A stretch of 64,000 nucleotides of DNA, taken from contig CM022674.1 of NCBI GenBank assembly GCA_012295275.1, forward strand, positions 124,001 through 188,000, in the 5' to 3' direction. The DNA is from Chrysomallon squamiferum. Its lineage: Eukaryota; Animalia; Mollusca. Positions 1 through 17,650 of the stretch are shown one piece after another. The notes beneath the pieces were generated by a model. The model was not told the origin of the DNA. It saw nothing but the letters and a program-made list of their open reading frames with translations, and made no database searches. The first letter of the stretch is position 1; each line of letters begins with the position of its first letter. The position numbers and the translations under genes were made by a program.

Positions 1-867
1 TTTTTCCACTGTCCTTCACTCATTAATACATTTTATTCATTTTTTTTAAAATGTGCATAGAATTTTCATATTTTCACTTAAAATATGGTTCCATGGTCAA
101 GGTGACTTAATTTTATTTTCCTCCATACAGTTGTTGAAAAACATTTAGATGTTTTAGATTTTTCATTATGCAGAATAAGTATTATTACTGTTTTATAAAC
201 ATGATTGATTTGCAACGAAACTGAAGTAACCCAGTCTTATTTTAATATTGAGTGCTTTAAGAGTAATCTCCCCTCATTAACATTTACTTGTCTATCTTTT
301 AACAGCTGTTTTTCCCACTATTTACATTACAAAACTTTTAATAGAAGTGCCATTGTCATTTTATTTTATCTTGGTTACTGAAAATGTCAAGTTATATCAG
401 CTGCTAGAAACAGTGCAAGTTTTATAATACCTTGTCTTTTAATGAGATGCAACTTTGTCTTTTCTTTTCTTTTTTATTATTTATTTTTTTTAGTGCAGAA
501 GATAATGTAGTTATCTATTCAGTTAATGAATTATTTGTTTCTTTTGTTTAGTATTTCTTCTAATTATTACTATTAATGTTGATTTGTATTTACTGATGTT
601 TCTGTTTTGATTTAAAACTGAATTTCTTACAGAAAACTGACAGTATTGAGCAAAATGTTTTTTTATATCTGTTCATTGCATAATGTTCAGAATCTAATTT
701 ATTTAGTTTTTGGTATTTAATTCATGTTTGCCTCTGAGAAGATTTCTTACAACAGTTCATTTATTCTTATTATATCTAAGTATTATTAATAATGTCTTTA
801 GAACAAATTTTTAATCAGTAATGCTGCAAATGATGTGAATTAAAAGGAAAATGTGCTATATTATATT

Positions 868-905
<38 letters not shown>

Positions 906-1268
906 TTTAATTTTTTTTTATGAAATGATGAACAGTTAGTAAACTAGAAAAAGCAAATAATTACATTATTAATCTGTATTTTTTAAAATACATCCTTAGA
1001 TTTAAAACCTTATGAATAATAACTATAATTACAAAAAAAAAAAAAAAAAAAAAAACAACTTACTAATGATAATAATTTAAAAAAAATATATAAATGAAGT
1101 AAATAAATAATAATTTTCTTTCTTCTTTTACAACAGTTGTGTATGTGTTAAGTGTGTCTGTGTGTCTGTGTGTTTGTATGTAATTTTTTATTTTATTTTA
1201 TTTTTTTCCATTCATATAATATAACTTTTATGTAGTTATTTTATTTATTTATTTATTTATTTTTATTG

Positions 1269-1336
<68 letters not shown>

Positions 1337-1346
1337 TTCACTTCAG

Positions 1347-1968
1347 GGAGAAGAATTGTGAAGAGGTAGAAATATTGCAGACTTTATTTTCTAATGAGGT
1401 AAGTTGTAATGATTATAGAATGTCACGGTAAATAAATGTGATCTTTTTCTCTTTTCTTTTTGTCAATATTTACAGAAAGCTGTGTATGAAGAAGATGTAC
1501 TGAACATTGTTAAATTATTAAAATTGTAAATTTCATTTTAAATCCAGGTTTTATTATTGATGATTCATTTTTCTTGTTTCAGTTGAGTGTAGCTGAGTGT
1601 ATTAAAAGTTTATTTTCTTGTTTCAGTTGAGTGTAGCTGAGTATTAAAAGTTTATTTTCTTGTTTCAGTTGAGTGTAGCTGAGTATTAAAAGTTTATTTT
1701 CTTGTTTCAGTTGAGTGTAGCTGAGTATTAAAAGTTTATTTTCTTGTTTCAGTTGAGTGTAGCTGAGTGTATGCGTGTGTTAGAGCTGACTCAGTGGGAT
1801 GTACAAAAAGCTGTGAAATATGTGAAGCTCAAACAGCTGCTGAGTACTCAACTTGGAGATGTTCAACAATGCAAGGAGGCTTTAATCGCCTGCGCCTGGG
1901 ACGTCAGGCAGGCTGTGGAACACTTGGTTCGACACCCTGCACCTTGCCATGACGTTGTAGACGTTTGA
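1347..1968 (+). CDS. 3' end (last two coding exons) of an ACK/TNK2-family non-receptor tyrosine kinase, C-terminal UBA-like region
   Basis: Exon 1347-1398 (cttcag|..EKNCEEVEILQTLFSNE|gtaagt) joins in frame to 1753-1968 (LSVAECMRVLELTQWDVQKAVKYVKLKQLLSTQLGDVQQCKEALIACAWDVRQAVEHLV...*). This matches, from memory, the ACK1 C-terminal pattern EC..AL....W.V..A..YLK..QL......C...L....W....A...L. The kinase domain is outside the window, so ACK vs Ack-like is unresolved. Confidence 0.75.
1569..1770 (+). repeat. 5-copy 42-44 nt tandem repeat duplicating the splice acceptor of the last ACK-like exon
   Basis: TTTTCTTGTTTCAG|TTGAGTGTAGCTGAGT recurs with the AG ending at 1582, 1626, 1668, 1710 and 1752. 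Confidence 0.95.
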
Positions 1969-4900
1969 CTGACTTCATGTACAAACATACAGTTGCTATA
2001 TATAGGGGTTGATTCTAGGATTCAGAATGTCAGTTCATTGAAGAAAATAGTGTTTTTAATAACGGAAATGTTCTCAGAAATAACTAACGGAATGAATATT
2101 TAAATGGAGGAGATAATAGACCTTGAATTTGCATCCACATAAATTGCTCAAGTAACACAGAAAAAAAGAAAAGAAAACTTTTTGTTATTCCTAGATTATT
2201 TTTGTTCATTCTTTCAAAAACAAAACAATATTTAAAAAAGTTAATGTTCAAAGACTTTGTGTTACATTATTTTTTGACAAAACAAATAAGATTTAAAAAA
2301 AAATTATTGGACTTCGGATCACAAAGGGAAAGAGTACATCATACATCTACTGTTTGTTTTATTTAAAACTCTTTTTGTTCACTGAATTGTAGGATAAATT
2401 GCTGTTTACCAGTAGTGAGACAATGTTTTTTTTCTGATAAAGGAGAATTGTGGCTTGTTCTGTCTTGTGCTTGGAAAGTTAAAATGGCTGAAATGAAAAA
2501 TGGAAGTGAGTAGAGAAGCTTTTACACCAATGAAAAATGAAAACAGGAATATAAATATTCTTAGAATAAATACAGAAATGTATATTATATTAAAAAAAAT
2601 TGTTCTGTAAACTGAAATTGTATCCATAAGATCTGCTCTGAAGAACAAAATAAAATGTTTCTTTTTTTAAAGTGTTTTTTGCGTGTATAAAGAAAGAATA
2701 CATTATGTGTTTCATGGATGCATTTCTTGATGGAGATTATGACATGGTGACTTTACAACAGCGTCGATGTAGTTTATTATTTTAAAAAACAAAGCAAAGT
2801 AGAGTGGACTGAAAGAGAATTGACTTAGAAACTACCTCTTTTTAAACAGCGAAAACACACTTGATTTTTGTGGTTTACTCAGCCAAACTCCTAGCTACAG
2901 TCGGATGTTTCAAGAATGTAGGTTTAAATAAAAGATACACAACTAGTAAATTACCTCCTGTATTTCCACTACAAAGATGAAAATAATCTGTGAAATAATT
3001 CTGTCTAAGTTCATCTGTCATAGATGTTTCACTATGCTCAGCAGCTAGAAGGTTTCAAGAAAACTTCACTTTTCTAGAAGATAGGTATTTTCTGTACAGA
3101 AAAACAAAGATGGTGCCTACAGACTTTTAACAGTTTATATTTTGACTGTGTGACCAGCTGTTGGGCAGTTTTATAATTACTAATGATAGTTACAGTTATA
3201 CAACATTATAGAACATGAAGTCCATAAACCTATCTAATAGCACAGTGAAATGAAAACGCATACCTGATTACAAGAAGTAACTTTAGTTGAGTATGACTGT
3301 GTGAGAGAGAGCGCATGTGTGCACTAGCTCATTCATACTGAACCAAAAGTTATAGTATATGTTTCTTTTCCTTCAAGCTCAACAAAATTATCTTTTCCTG
3401 CTGCCAAATCAATGCTTTGTATAAAAAATAATGTAGTTAGCCAGTTTGTGATGCAGTTTACAAACATTACTTGTCACTGATGTTTATTTTAATTATTACT
3501 CAGTCTTCTGCTAGAGTGGATGATGATGATTTCACTGATGTCATCTTTATTAACTGCTTATTAGTGTACAAAAACTATTCTTCCCAACAGTTTCCAAGTA
3601 TTTCATGTTAATACACTTTTTTTTTTTGTTATATATATATATGTATATGCTGTGGATGTTGTATTTTAAAAAAAAAAAAAGTTTGCCAAGACTTTTCATC
3701 CACTCAGTTTGAAACATGTGCCAAGAACTTTGTTAAAATATTTACTTTTTATTTTATATTTTTTTCATTATTATTGTTAATATTATTTTTCCTGTCTTCG
3801 AGTTAAATGTTGTCATATAAAAGCAGATTATGTTTTAGTGCCTGTCTTTTGTTTTTATTTTTATTTTTAAATGTGCTATATATGTAATTTTGACTCACGT
3901 TAAGCTCATAGAATGTAATTACTTCAGTGAGTGTTAACTGGAATACAAGTATAATTTATCTATGAAATGTAAAACTGTGTTTAACTAGAGTGTTGTAAAA
4001 AGATGGTCAGATGTTAGAAAAGTCAGCTGAATCTCACTGTTAGACACCACCATTATGTGGCTGAATTTTCAAGGGAAAAAGAAATTCTGAGAAAATTGAA
4101 TATTAAGTTAACCTGTTTGTCTTTACTATTTGTACCTGATATACCATATATTATTATTATTATCATTTCTGTATTATTTATTTTGTTTTGGGGGTTTTTG
4201 TTGTTGCTTTTTTAAATAACATATGTTGAAATGTAAGCAGTTCATTGTAAAGGATATTATAAATTCAGAAAAATATTTTGTAAATAACAGCATAAAAGAT
4301 ATAACCATCATTACATATCAGCTCATAAGTTTAGAATATTTTTTTTAGCTGTGTACATTTGCAGAAAATTGAAACTGAGGTGAAAACAGTTGTAGATAGG
4401 TTTGATAGTTTTTCACAGAACAAATAATTTGAAAAAGAAATATTTAGTTTTGAGGTATTTTGATGTTTGAAATCTGCTACATACAACTTCACACACAAAT
4501 ATAACATTTTTGTCATTATCTACATTTTAGAAATAATTTCCATGTCTCTATAGTAATCAGAGTTATTAATATATTAGAACTGTTAATGAAAAGAGATCAT
4601 CATAATCTGTATCAGTGATTATGTGTAATTATAATCATTGGAAACTTAGACTGGTATAAACAGCATAGCTGTGACTTTCAAGTAGGTAATGATTTTTTTT
4701 TTATCTACAGCAGTTTATTATTAAGATTATTTTAATGTTAGTTGAACATAATAATACTCCTACATTCGTCAAAAAATAATTTTTTGAATTAAGTAAAAGA
4801 TTAATCCATACTGGTCACACAGCCATGAAGTCTTAGAGAAAACAGTGACAACCTTTATGTATATATTTGTTTTCTTTCTTTTGTTTAATTGCTCATGATT

Positions 4901-6846
4901 ATAAATTTATTAAACAAATCATCAGTGTGACTCTTTTGTTGTGTTGCATTTTTATTATTATTATTACTACTACTGCTACTATTATTAAATACTATCTTTA
5001 GCAAGATTTTCTATAAAACACTGATGGTACCATTCTAATATTGTTTTTATTTATTTATTTTGTTCTTTAAAATATTTCAAAAGTAAAATGATTTTTGTAT
5101 TAAGATGATAAAAAAGTATACATTTTTATTTTCATTAATATAACATTATTTCAGGAGAGGTATATGGTGTTTTTGTTTTTCAAATTGTTTTAAACTATTA
5201 ATTAGCATTAAAAAGTTATAATTTAATTACAGTTTTAGATTTAAACTATTGTATTCTTTTTTAAGTTAAATGAATAATTTAAAAAAATTGTAATTTAAAT
5301 CAATGATTCTTTTTTCACAAAAAAACATTACAATCATTATAACAATCTATTTGTAACATAAATTCAACATTATTACAACTAGGATTCAAAATGTAACATA
5401 AATTAAACATTTTATTATTAACATGTAACATTATTTCAACATATTTGTAATAGAGAATCAACATTTTGTGGCTTAAATTCAACATAAAATTCATTTCGTA
5501 CTGGGTTTTTTTTAAATTGTTGTTACTGTTTTGTCTGCCAGTCATATTTCTCAAAATAACTTTGCTAATTTGTTGTTGTGTTCATTCATAAAGCTATCTA
5601 TGCACAGAACTGTATTAATTATCTTCATCATTAGTTTATTTATAAATACATTTCTTATTACATTACAGATATTTGTATGTGTGTATAAGTAACATCTCAG
5701 TATGAAATAAAAATGTGGAAACTAACTTACCTGATTGTTAATAATTAACATTTCTGTACATAAAGGTATTAATGAGAATCTGGACCAAGTATCTGCATTT
5801 TTTTAACAACATTTGTCTGTCTGAGCTCAGTTATTTAAAGGAATATTCAAGGAATATTATTTATTTGAAATTAAAATCAATTTTTAGACAGCTGCCTAAA
5901 ACAAGGAATAATTATTTATTTTGAATATCCTTAAAAACTTTTACAAGATCATCAGAATTTTCTTTATCTTAATAATTATATTAATAAAAAAAATTAGTTT
6001 TGATGTTGTATATTGACAAGATTTGTTTTTGATTTTTGATGATGTCATTTACTCATTGAATTTTCTTTACAGAAACCTTGATAATCTCTTGTCTTGCAGA
6101 CCAGTCATGTGTTGGAATCAGATCTCTTGTTTTGAGAACAGTAGTAACATAAACAGGTACAACTACTGCATCATTTATGTCCTCAAACAGAGAATACTCT
6201 GTGAGGTGTTCTCACTGCAGGTTGCAGATAACAGATTTGTACTGAAAGCTTCTAGTCATTTTATTAAAGACATTCTTAAACTAAATCTGAAATATTTCAC
6301 TTTCTATATATAGCTTGTTTTCTTCCATAAAAAGAGCTTTGCATTAAAATCAAAACTGTTTGTACTGCTTGAGATAAGGAAGTGTGTTTTGTGTGTGTGT
6401 GTGTGTTTACATGAGTCTGAGTAAGAATCTGAGCAGTAACAATGAGTAGCAATGTGTTAACAAAAGTAGCTAATTACTTAAATTTTAAGTGTGTTTTTTT
6501 TTAAATCTCATGAATACGATGCTCACAATAGGATTCCTATTCTGAGGGTCTCTTTCAAATCCCCAGAAAAGATTTATTTTATTTTTATTTTTTAGAAGTT
6601 CAGATTTACTTACTGTTATCTTCTTTTGCTAAATGTTAGGAACATTCAGAATGGTTCAGATAAATAGCTGGCTTGCATCAGAAAATTATGGGGAAACAAA
6701 CTAACTTTGTGATGTATGTGTGTACTCACCAACAAACAAACAAAAAAATCGTGAAAAAAAATATATATTATTATTTGTATAACATAGCTTTTTGTGTAAT
6801 CATCAGTGTAATATCTTGAGACATAATTTTATTTCAAAATCATAAC

Positions 6847-6917
<71 letters not shown>

Positions 6918-8270
6918 CATCATCATCATCATTACCCCTATTTTGAGACTATTGGTTTATAAAGAGGAGAAAACATTTTTTGTTACAACCAAACTCACTC
7001 TTGCCACTTTTTATGTGCAATAACAGTAGTTTCTACGTATTTATAGGTTTTTTCTCTTGCTTTTACTTCAGTACTTTGTTCAAAATTAAAATAAGTGATT
7101 ACAGCTTCATTATGGAAATTGTCATGTTTACAGATACTGCTGTATGAAAACAGTTTAAAGAGAACTCTGGGAATGTGAGGTTTATTACTAAGCAGTTCAA
7201 ACTTTCGTTGTCCAAGTACGTGATTTCCTTTAATAATTAGTTTGCAAAACATTTGTTATAAAAGTTAAATATTTTTTAATAAAGAAAAATGTTTTTCACT
7301 GTTAATATTCAAATTTTTAAAACAAATTTTAGAAGTTGACAAAAAAGAGAAAATCAGTTGTAATTTTTGTTGAATTTAATTAATGCAAGTTGTTAGTTAT
7401 AAAAAATCTTTAATTTTTTAATCTTTGTTTAATGTTTATAGCATTTGTTTATTTACTTATATTTCTTGTTCTTTTTTATAAACAGTTGAAAAGAATGTTT
7501 CTAGAGACGAGTTCGCAGTCATATTTCATTACGTTTGACTATAACCTATAGTGTACTGTATTATGTTCTAGTTAATATTTTTAAATTATAGTTTCTTACT
7601 TTTTTATAATTTTTTTTTTATATAAATAATCTTTACAGTATTGTACATTCTAACGCTGGTACATAATTTATTTGACAATAGTGCATGAAATAACTGCTAT
7701 ATTCATTGTATTAAACATTTTTATGAGGACTTTTATGCTATTGTCTTGTTTCTTTTAAACTTTAAAAAAAAAAAAAATAATAATAATAAATGTTTTACCA
7801 ATTATAACTGGAGAATATTCACTCCTAAATATATACATGTAAGTATTAATGTGCCTGTGTGAGCATGTAAGTACATACGTATATACTAAATGGAAGTAAA
7901 TATAATTTAAATACAATATTAAATATATTACCAATATTTTCACTAGTAATTTCACGTCATTTACTTGTTTCAGAAATAAAATAAATACTGTTCTGTCATC
8001 ACAAATAAGACAGACATAGATAGAAAGAAAGAAGGAGCTGTGGATAAATAGAGAGTAATGGGCAGATTAGCAAGAACGTTTTGTCCTCTATTTTTATTTT
8101 AAATTTTCTTGCATGTTTTCTTCACGTACCTTCATCATTCGAATCTATTGTCTATTTGTTTTCTTTTTTAATTATTCCGAGAGAGAGGAAGCCAGAGGAT
8201 GAGATATGTAGAGTAAAATGTATCGATTACAGAGTCAGCATTTCGACCTCATTGTAACTGATAAGGCTGT

Positions 8271-8495
8271 CAGATTATAAACAACTACAACGATTAAGGA
8301 GTTTGTCTTTTTTTATGCCATCTTGTATTATCTGTATAGTATGATTCATTCAGTCAGTTTCAAAATAATTATGGGGCAAACTCTTTCGCTGCATATTGCT
8401 TCAAAGTTTTCAGAGACATTTCTAGGTAAATTTTAAACATCGCTGTTTTAAAAATATATCTGGTATCGATTATCAAAATTTATTTATTTATTTGT
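8271..8495 (+). pseudogene. Collapsed relic paralog of the secreted modular gene (exon-1 remnant joined to 3'-flank remnant)
   Basis: 8271-8325 cagattataaacaactacaACGattaaggagtttgtc..ttttatgccatcttg aligns to 13427-13497 cagatcttaaacagccacaATGatgaaggcatttgtc..ttttatgccatcttg. 8393-8495 (atattgcttcaaa...tatatctggtatcgattatcaaaatttattt) aligns to 17671-17800. Confidence 0.7.
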
Positions 8496-8939
8496 TTGTT
8501 TGTTGTTTTGGTGTGGGTTTTTTGTTGTTGTTTTTATGGTCCTAAAACAAATGAACTTTGCCGCTAAAATTTTAAGGATCTTAAATATTTTAACGGCAAT
8601 CCCAGACAACGAGATTTTAACAAATATTTTAAATTTTAAATAAATTCAGGTAAAGGAAATAACCATAGTAAATCTTGGAGGAAACGATAACTTTCTATCA
8701 ACTGCGGCGGCCTTAAAATTGTTCCAACCCACAACGAAATTCCTGGTTAAGAAGCACTTCTCGATAACGGCGTGGGGGACTCAGTTATTTTTAACATAAA
8801 AGTGTTTATTTTATAAACTCAACTGCAGAAAAATTACCGTTTGGACACCCTTTCCTTCAAAAATAGATTCCGAGATCGTTAAAACTTATAAAAATGTGTA
8901 TGAAAATGTTTGTGCGTTAATGGTTTATTCAAATAAACA

Positions 8940-10115
8940 AAAGTTATAATGAAACCGGCATCAGCAGCTGTTATTTGATCAGATCCGTGAAGTCAGACAA
9001 CTCCGTAATAAAAAAATAAAAAAATTTGGAAAAAGCTTTTTTTGAACCAGTCTAAACAAATCCAGCAGAATTATTGTCATATAAACAGAAAGGATAGTTA
9101 ATTTATCATGATTTGATTCGTAGACTAGAACATTTTATTGAAACCCAAAGATATACAAACCAGCTGAAACATGGAAAGATGTTATTACGCTACCCGGTCG
9201 TCTGATTGTGGATCTAAATCACATAAAATTTCCGAATACACCGACATTCATTTTAAAACCAACTGGAAACAGAAACGCTAGTTCTGTTAAAAATACAGAC
9301 GAAATTTTATCTAAAATATCTAAAACAAAAATACCACCAAACTGCTTTTTAGTAACCCTTGATATTGATTCCATATAGCTAACATAAACATCGACATAGC
9401 CATAGAATCTGTTCGAAAAATGCACTGGCACAGACAGACCAGTCGAAAGCATTAATGAATTACTTGAATTAAGCTTAAAAGTTAAAAAAAAAAAAACAAC
9501 AACAACAATAACAAAAATTGAATTCAGTGCGTAAATGTATCAGCAGATTTGTTGTAAATGTTTCAGACTGAATTTTGCCGCTGTTTTTATGTCAGAATGG
9601 GTAAAAGCGGTCTCAGTAATGTTATTTTTATATCTCGGATACTTAAACGATATTCAGATTACTTGGCAACCTTTTAAAGATGATTTTGGTCATTTTTGAA
9701 TTGATTTAGTCGAGAAAATGATAATATCGAACATTATAAACACTCTATCAAATCAGATTATAACAATTTACAAAGCTATCCAGTTTGAAAAATGAAATTA
9801 CTCACATTATAAAGTATTTTTTACCAACTGCTGCTTTATCAATTATTGTATCCTCATCATACATTCAGACCTCAGGTCATTACATTCCACAGACGTTCGA
9901 GAAACAAAGTAAATTTTAAATACGCTTGACATTCCTGTGGCGACTCATTTTAATCTACCTGGACAAATACTGGAAGATCGTTTTGAAATAATCGCAAAAG
10001 AACCAACCTCCATTATCGGTTAAAAACATGAAACAGACCTTTCGAGACCGGAACAAGAAGCCTTTTGCATTCGCACATGACAAACACAAAAACCATTTGA
10101 AATAAATGTTGAATG
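8940..10115 (+). mobile_element. Degenerate Penelope-like retroelement (RT and GIY-YIG-tail remnants)
   Basis: Frame-broken translations appear in the expected order: IMKPA..AVI (about 8945), FY..PKIYKP (about 9135), PVV.DCGSKSHKISEY (about 9195), SVKNTDEILSKISKTKIPPNCFLVTLDIDSI (9283-9376), ELLELSLK (about 9458), YLGYLNDIQITW (about 9630, decayed RYLDD), PVATHFNLPG (about 9935), EAF...TQKPFEIN (about 10057-10110). Many stops and frameshifts. Confidence 0.8.
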
Positions 10116-11032
10116 GGACAGATGCAAAGAAACAATATTTTAACTAAAATAAAAAAAAGCAGCTCTTAGCTTACAGGAAAACACACGCCTAAAGGGCATT
10201 TTAGTCTCAACGCAATTTTCTGATTATGTCTAAAGTTAGGTTTCCGAGGGATTTATGAATTAATTCAATAAAAGGTTCGCAAATATTTTCAAATATTTCT
10301 CAGAGGATATGTTGTGGTTCTTTTTTTTAATACTTTTTATATGTTTATTTTTTTTTTTTTTTTTTTTCTGAACTTATATCTTCTTTTACAGATTTTCAAA
10401 ATCGATACTTTTTGAAATAAATTAAAATAGATTTAAAAATACATACATATAGACATACATATAAACAGACACATATGAACATAGATGTTATGTACATAAG
10501 TATTTACACACACACGCCTCTGGTGCCTGTGTCATTCCCTGAATACTGTCTATGCGTGTAGTATAATCAGACGTACATCAAAGAACAGACAAATATTCAT
10601 TCCTAAACAAAAACTTTCCACTTTCAAGGTTACCATGGAAATAAATGCTCGTAAACACGAGCAAAGACAAATAACTGTGACGTCATGGTATCTAATCTGT
10701 CAGCACAATATTCATTCCAGTACGTGCACACCTATATTCGTACAGGGATGTATAATAACACAAATGTGTATATATGTAAGTAAGTACGTGTAAGCACATA
10801 GTATAATATAAATATTATAATACAAATATAATATTAATAAATGCATCATCATTAAACATTTTCCTGTTATTTATTTGAAAAATAAAATAAAATATAGAAT
10901 AAACATATCAAGCAGTTTTATTATGCGTAATAAAATTTTTAAAAAATCCAGATGATTGAATCGTAGAGGTTGAATTACTAGAACTGATATATCAGTACAG
11001 TTTCAATTTAAATTTAAGCAGAGTGATAAAAA

Positions 11033-11036
<4 letters not shown>

Positions 11037-11089
<53 letters not shown>

Positions 11090-12730
11090 CAGACTGACAG
11101 ACAGATCGACTAATAGCTAAACAGAGATAAGTTGATACACTGAGATAAGTAGATAAGTAGATACATAGAGATAAGTAGATACACTGAGGTAAGTAGATAC
11201 ACTGAGATAAGTAGATACATAGAGATAAGTAGATACACTGAGATAAGTAGATACACTGAAATAAGTAGATTCACTGAGGTAAGTAGATACACAGAGATAA
11301 GTAGATACACTGAGATAAGTAGATACACTGAGGTAAGTAGATACACAGATAAGTAGATACATAGAGATAAGTAGATACATAGAGATAAGTAGATACACTG
11401 AGGTAAGTAGATACACTGAGATAAGTAGATACATAGAGATAAGTAGATACACTGAGATAAGTAGATACACTGAAATAAGTAGATTCACTGAGGTAAGTAG
11501 ATACACAGAGATAAGTAGATACACTGAGATAAGTAGATACACTGAGGTAAGTAGATACACAGATAAGTAGATACATAGAGATAAGTAGATACATAGAGAT
11601 AAGTAGATACACTGAGGTAAGTAGATACACTGAGATAAGTAGATATATAGAGATAAGTAGATACATAGAGATAAGTAGATACATAGAGATAAGTAGATAC
11701 ACTGAGATAAGTAGATACACTGAGATAAGTAGATACACAGAGATAGATACACTGAGATAAGTAGATACATAGAGATAAGTAGATACACTGAGATAAGTAG
11801 ATACACCGAGATAAATAGATACATAGAGATAAGTAGATACATAGAGATAAGTAGATACACTGAGATAAGTAGATACACTGAGATAAGTAGATATATAGAG
11901 ATAAGTAGATACATAGAGATAAGTAGATACACTGAGATAGAGATACATAGAGATAAGTAGATACACTGAGATAAGTAGATACATAGAGATAAGTAGATAC
12001 ACTGAGATAAGTAGATACACTGAGATAAGTAGATACACAGAGATAAATAGATACACTGAGATAAGTAGATACATAGAGATAAGTAGATACACTGAGATAA
12101 GTAGATACATAGAGATAAGTAGATACACTGAGATAAGTAGATACATAGAGATAAGTAGATACATAGAGATAAGTAGATACATAGAGATAAGTAGATACAT
12201 AGAGATAAGTAGATACATAGAGATAAGTAGATACATGAGATAAGTAGATACACTGAGATAAGTAGATACACTGAGATAAGTAGATACATAGAGATAAGTA
12301 GATACACTGAGATAAGAGATACATAGAGATAGATACACTGAGATAAGAGATACATGAGATAAGTAGATACATAGATACACTGAGATAAGTAGATACATAG
12401 AGATAAGTAGATACACTGAGATAAGTAGATACATAGAGATAAGTAGATACATAGAGATAAGTAGATACACTGAGATAAGTAGATACATAGAGATAAGTAG
12501 ATTCACTGAGATAAGTAGATACACTGAGATAAGTAGATACACAGAGATAAATAGATACACTGAGATAAGTAGATACATAGAGATAAGTAGATACACTGAG
12601 ATAAGATACATGAGATAAGTAAAACAGATACATAGAGATAAATAGATAGAGATAAGTAGATACGCTGAGATAAGTAGATACGCTGAGATAGATACACTGA
12701 GATAAGTAGATACACTGAGATAAGTAGATA
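11037..12730. repeat. (GATA)n microsatellite followed by a 1.6-kb 18-nt minisatellite GAGATAAGTAGATACA(CT/TA)
   Basis: Directly visible. It produces the spurious long minus-strand ORFs at 11110-13295. Confidence 0.95.
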
Positions 12731-13390
12731 CATAGATATACAGATTGATAGAGATATATAGATATATTCTCTGACAGATATATTGATAAAAAGATAGACT
12801 GGGAGGTAGAGATAGATAGACAGATTGATGGATAGATAGATGGAGAAAAATACATAGACTGAGAGGTAGATATGGATAGATTGATGGATAGATAGATGGA
12901 GAAAAATACATAGACTGAGAGGTAGATATAGATAGATTGGTAGAGATATAGATAGATTGGTAGAGATATAGACATATAGAGATAGATAAAAGGCCAGACA
13001 ATGAAACAGAAAAATAGACGGACAGATAGAAAGAATGACAGAAAGATAAATTAATGCATACATGGATATACGGATACATATTCGAATATTTTATCTTTTT
13101 CTGTTTTATTGTTCTAGGAAAAGTAGAAAGAGAGAGATAGACAGACAAACAGAGAGAGAAATAGTGAAAGAGACAGAAAATGGAGAACAAAAGATAGATA
13201 TAGAAACATATATGGAAACAGATATAGATAGATATCATACAATTAATGTTATATATATAAACATAAACGTCATACAAACGCATTCTCAAACGCAATCAAA
13301 CAAACAATAAATATCACTTTGTGAAGGAAAACGAATTTATATGTATGCAAATTAGTAAACTATCCTAAAATAAATATCAATAAATCAGTG

Positions 13391-13420
13391 TATAAATATA
13401 TAAAACAGTTCAGTTTCTAG
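13391..13420 (+). promoter_or_regulatory. TATA box / Inr-like core promoter of the secreted modular gene
   Basis: TATAAATATATAAAA at 13391-13405 and TCAGTT at 13410-13415, about 40-55 nt upstream of ccacaATG (13446). Confidence 0.55.
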
Positions 13421-13445
13421 TTATACCAGATCTTAAACAGCCACA

Positions 13446-17558
<4,113 letters not shown>

Positions 17559-17609
17559 CAGACTCGGACAGATAGCCATTTTGTCTAATTCTCACGCGAC
17601 TTGTTGAGA

Positions 17610-17650
17610 AATAAATATTCCGTTTTCGTTTCTTTACTAGTTTTGTTTTT
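17610..17650 (+). terminator. Polyadenylation signal of the secreted gene
   Basis: AATAAA at 17610-17615, about 50 nt after the stop, followed by a T/GT-rich tract. Confidence 0.65.

Noticed and set aside
1969-7720. Additional genes downstream of the ACK-like stop
   Set aside because: AT-rich sequence with no coherent exon chain; most likely a long 3' UTR and intergenic DNA, and the poly(A) site cannot be fixed from sequence.
11110-13295. Long minus-strand ORFs of 412-674 aa (SVYLLI / CIYLSQ repeats)
   Set aside because: Translations of an 18-nt satellite that is open in all three frames; no splice signals or domain content.
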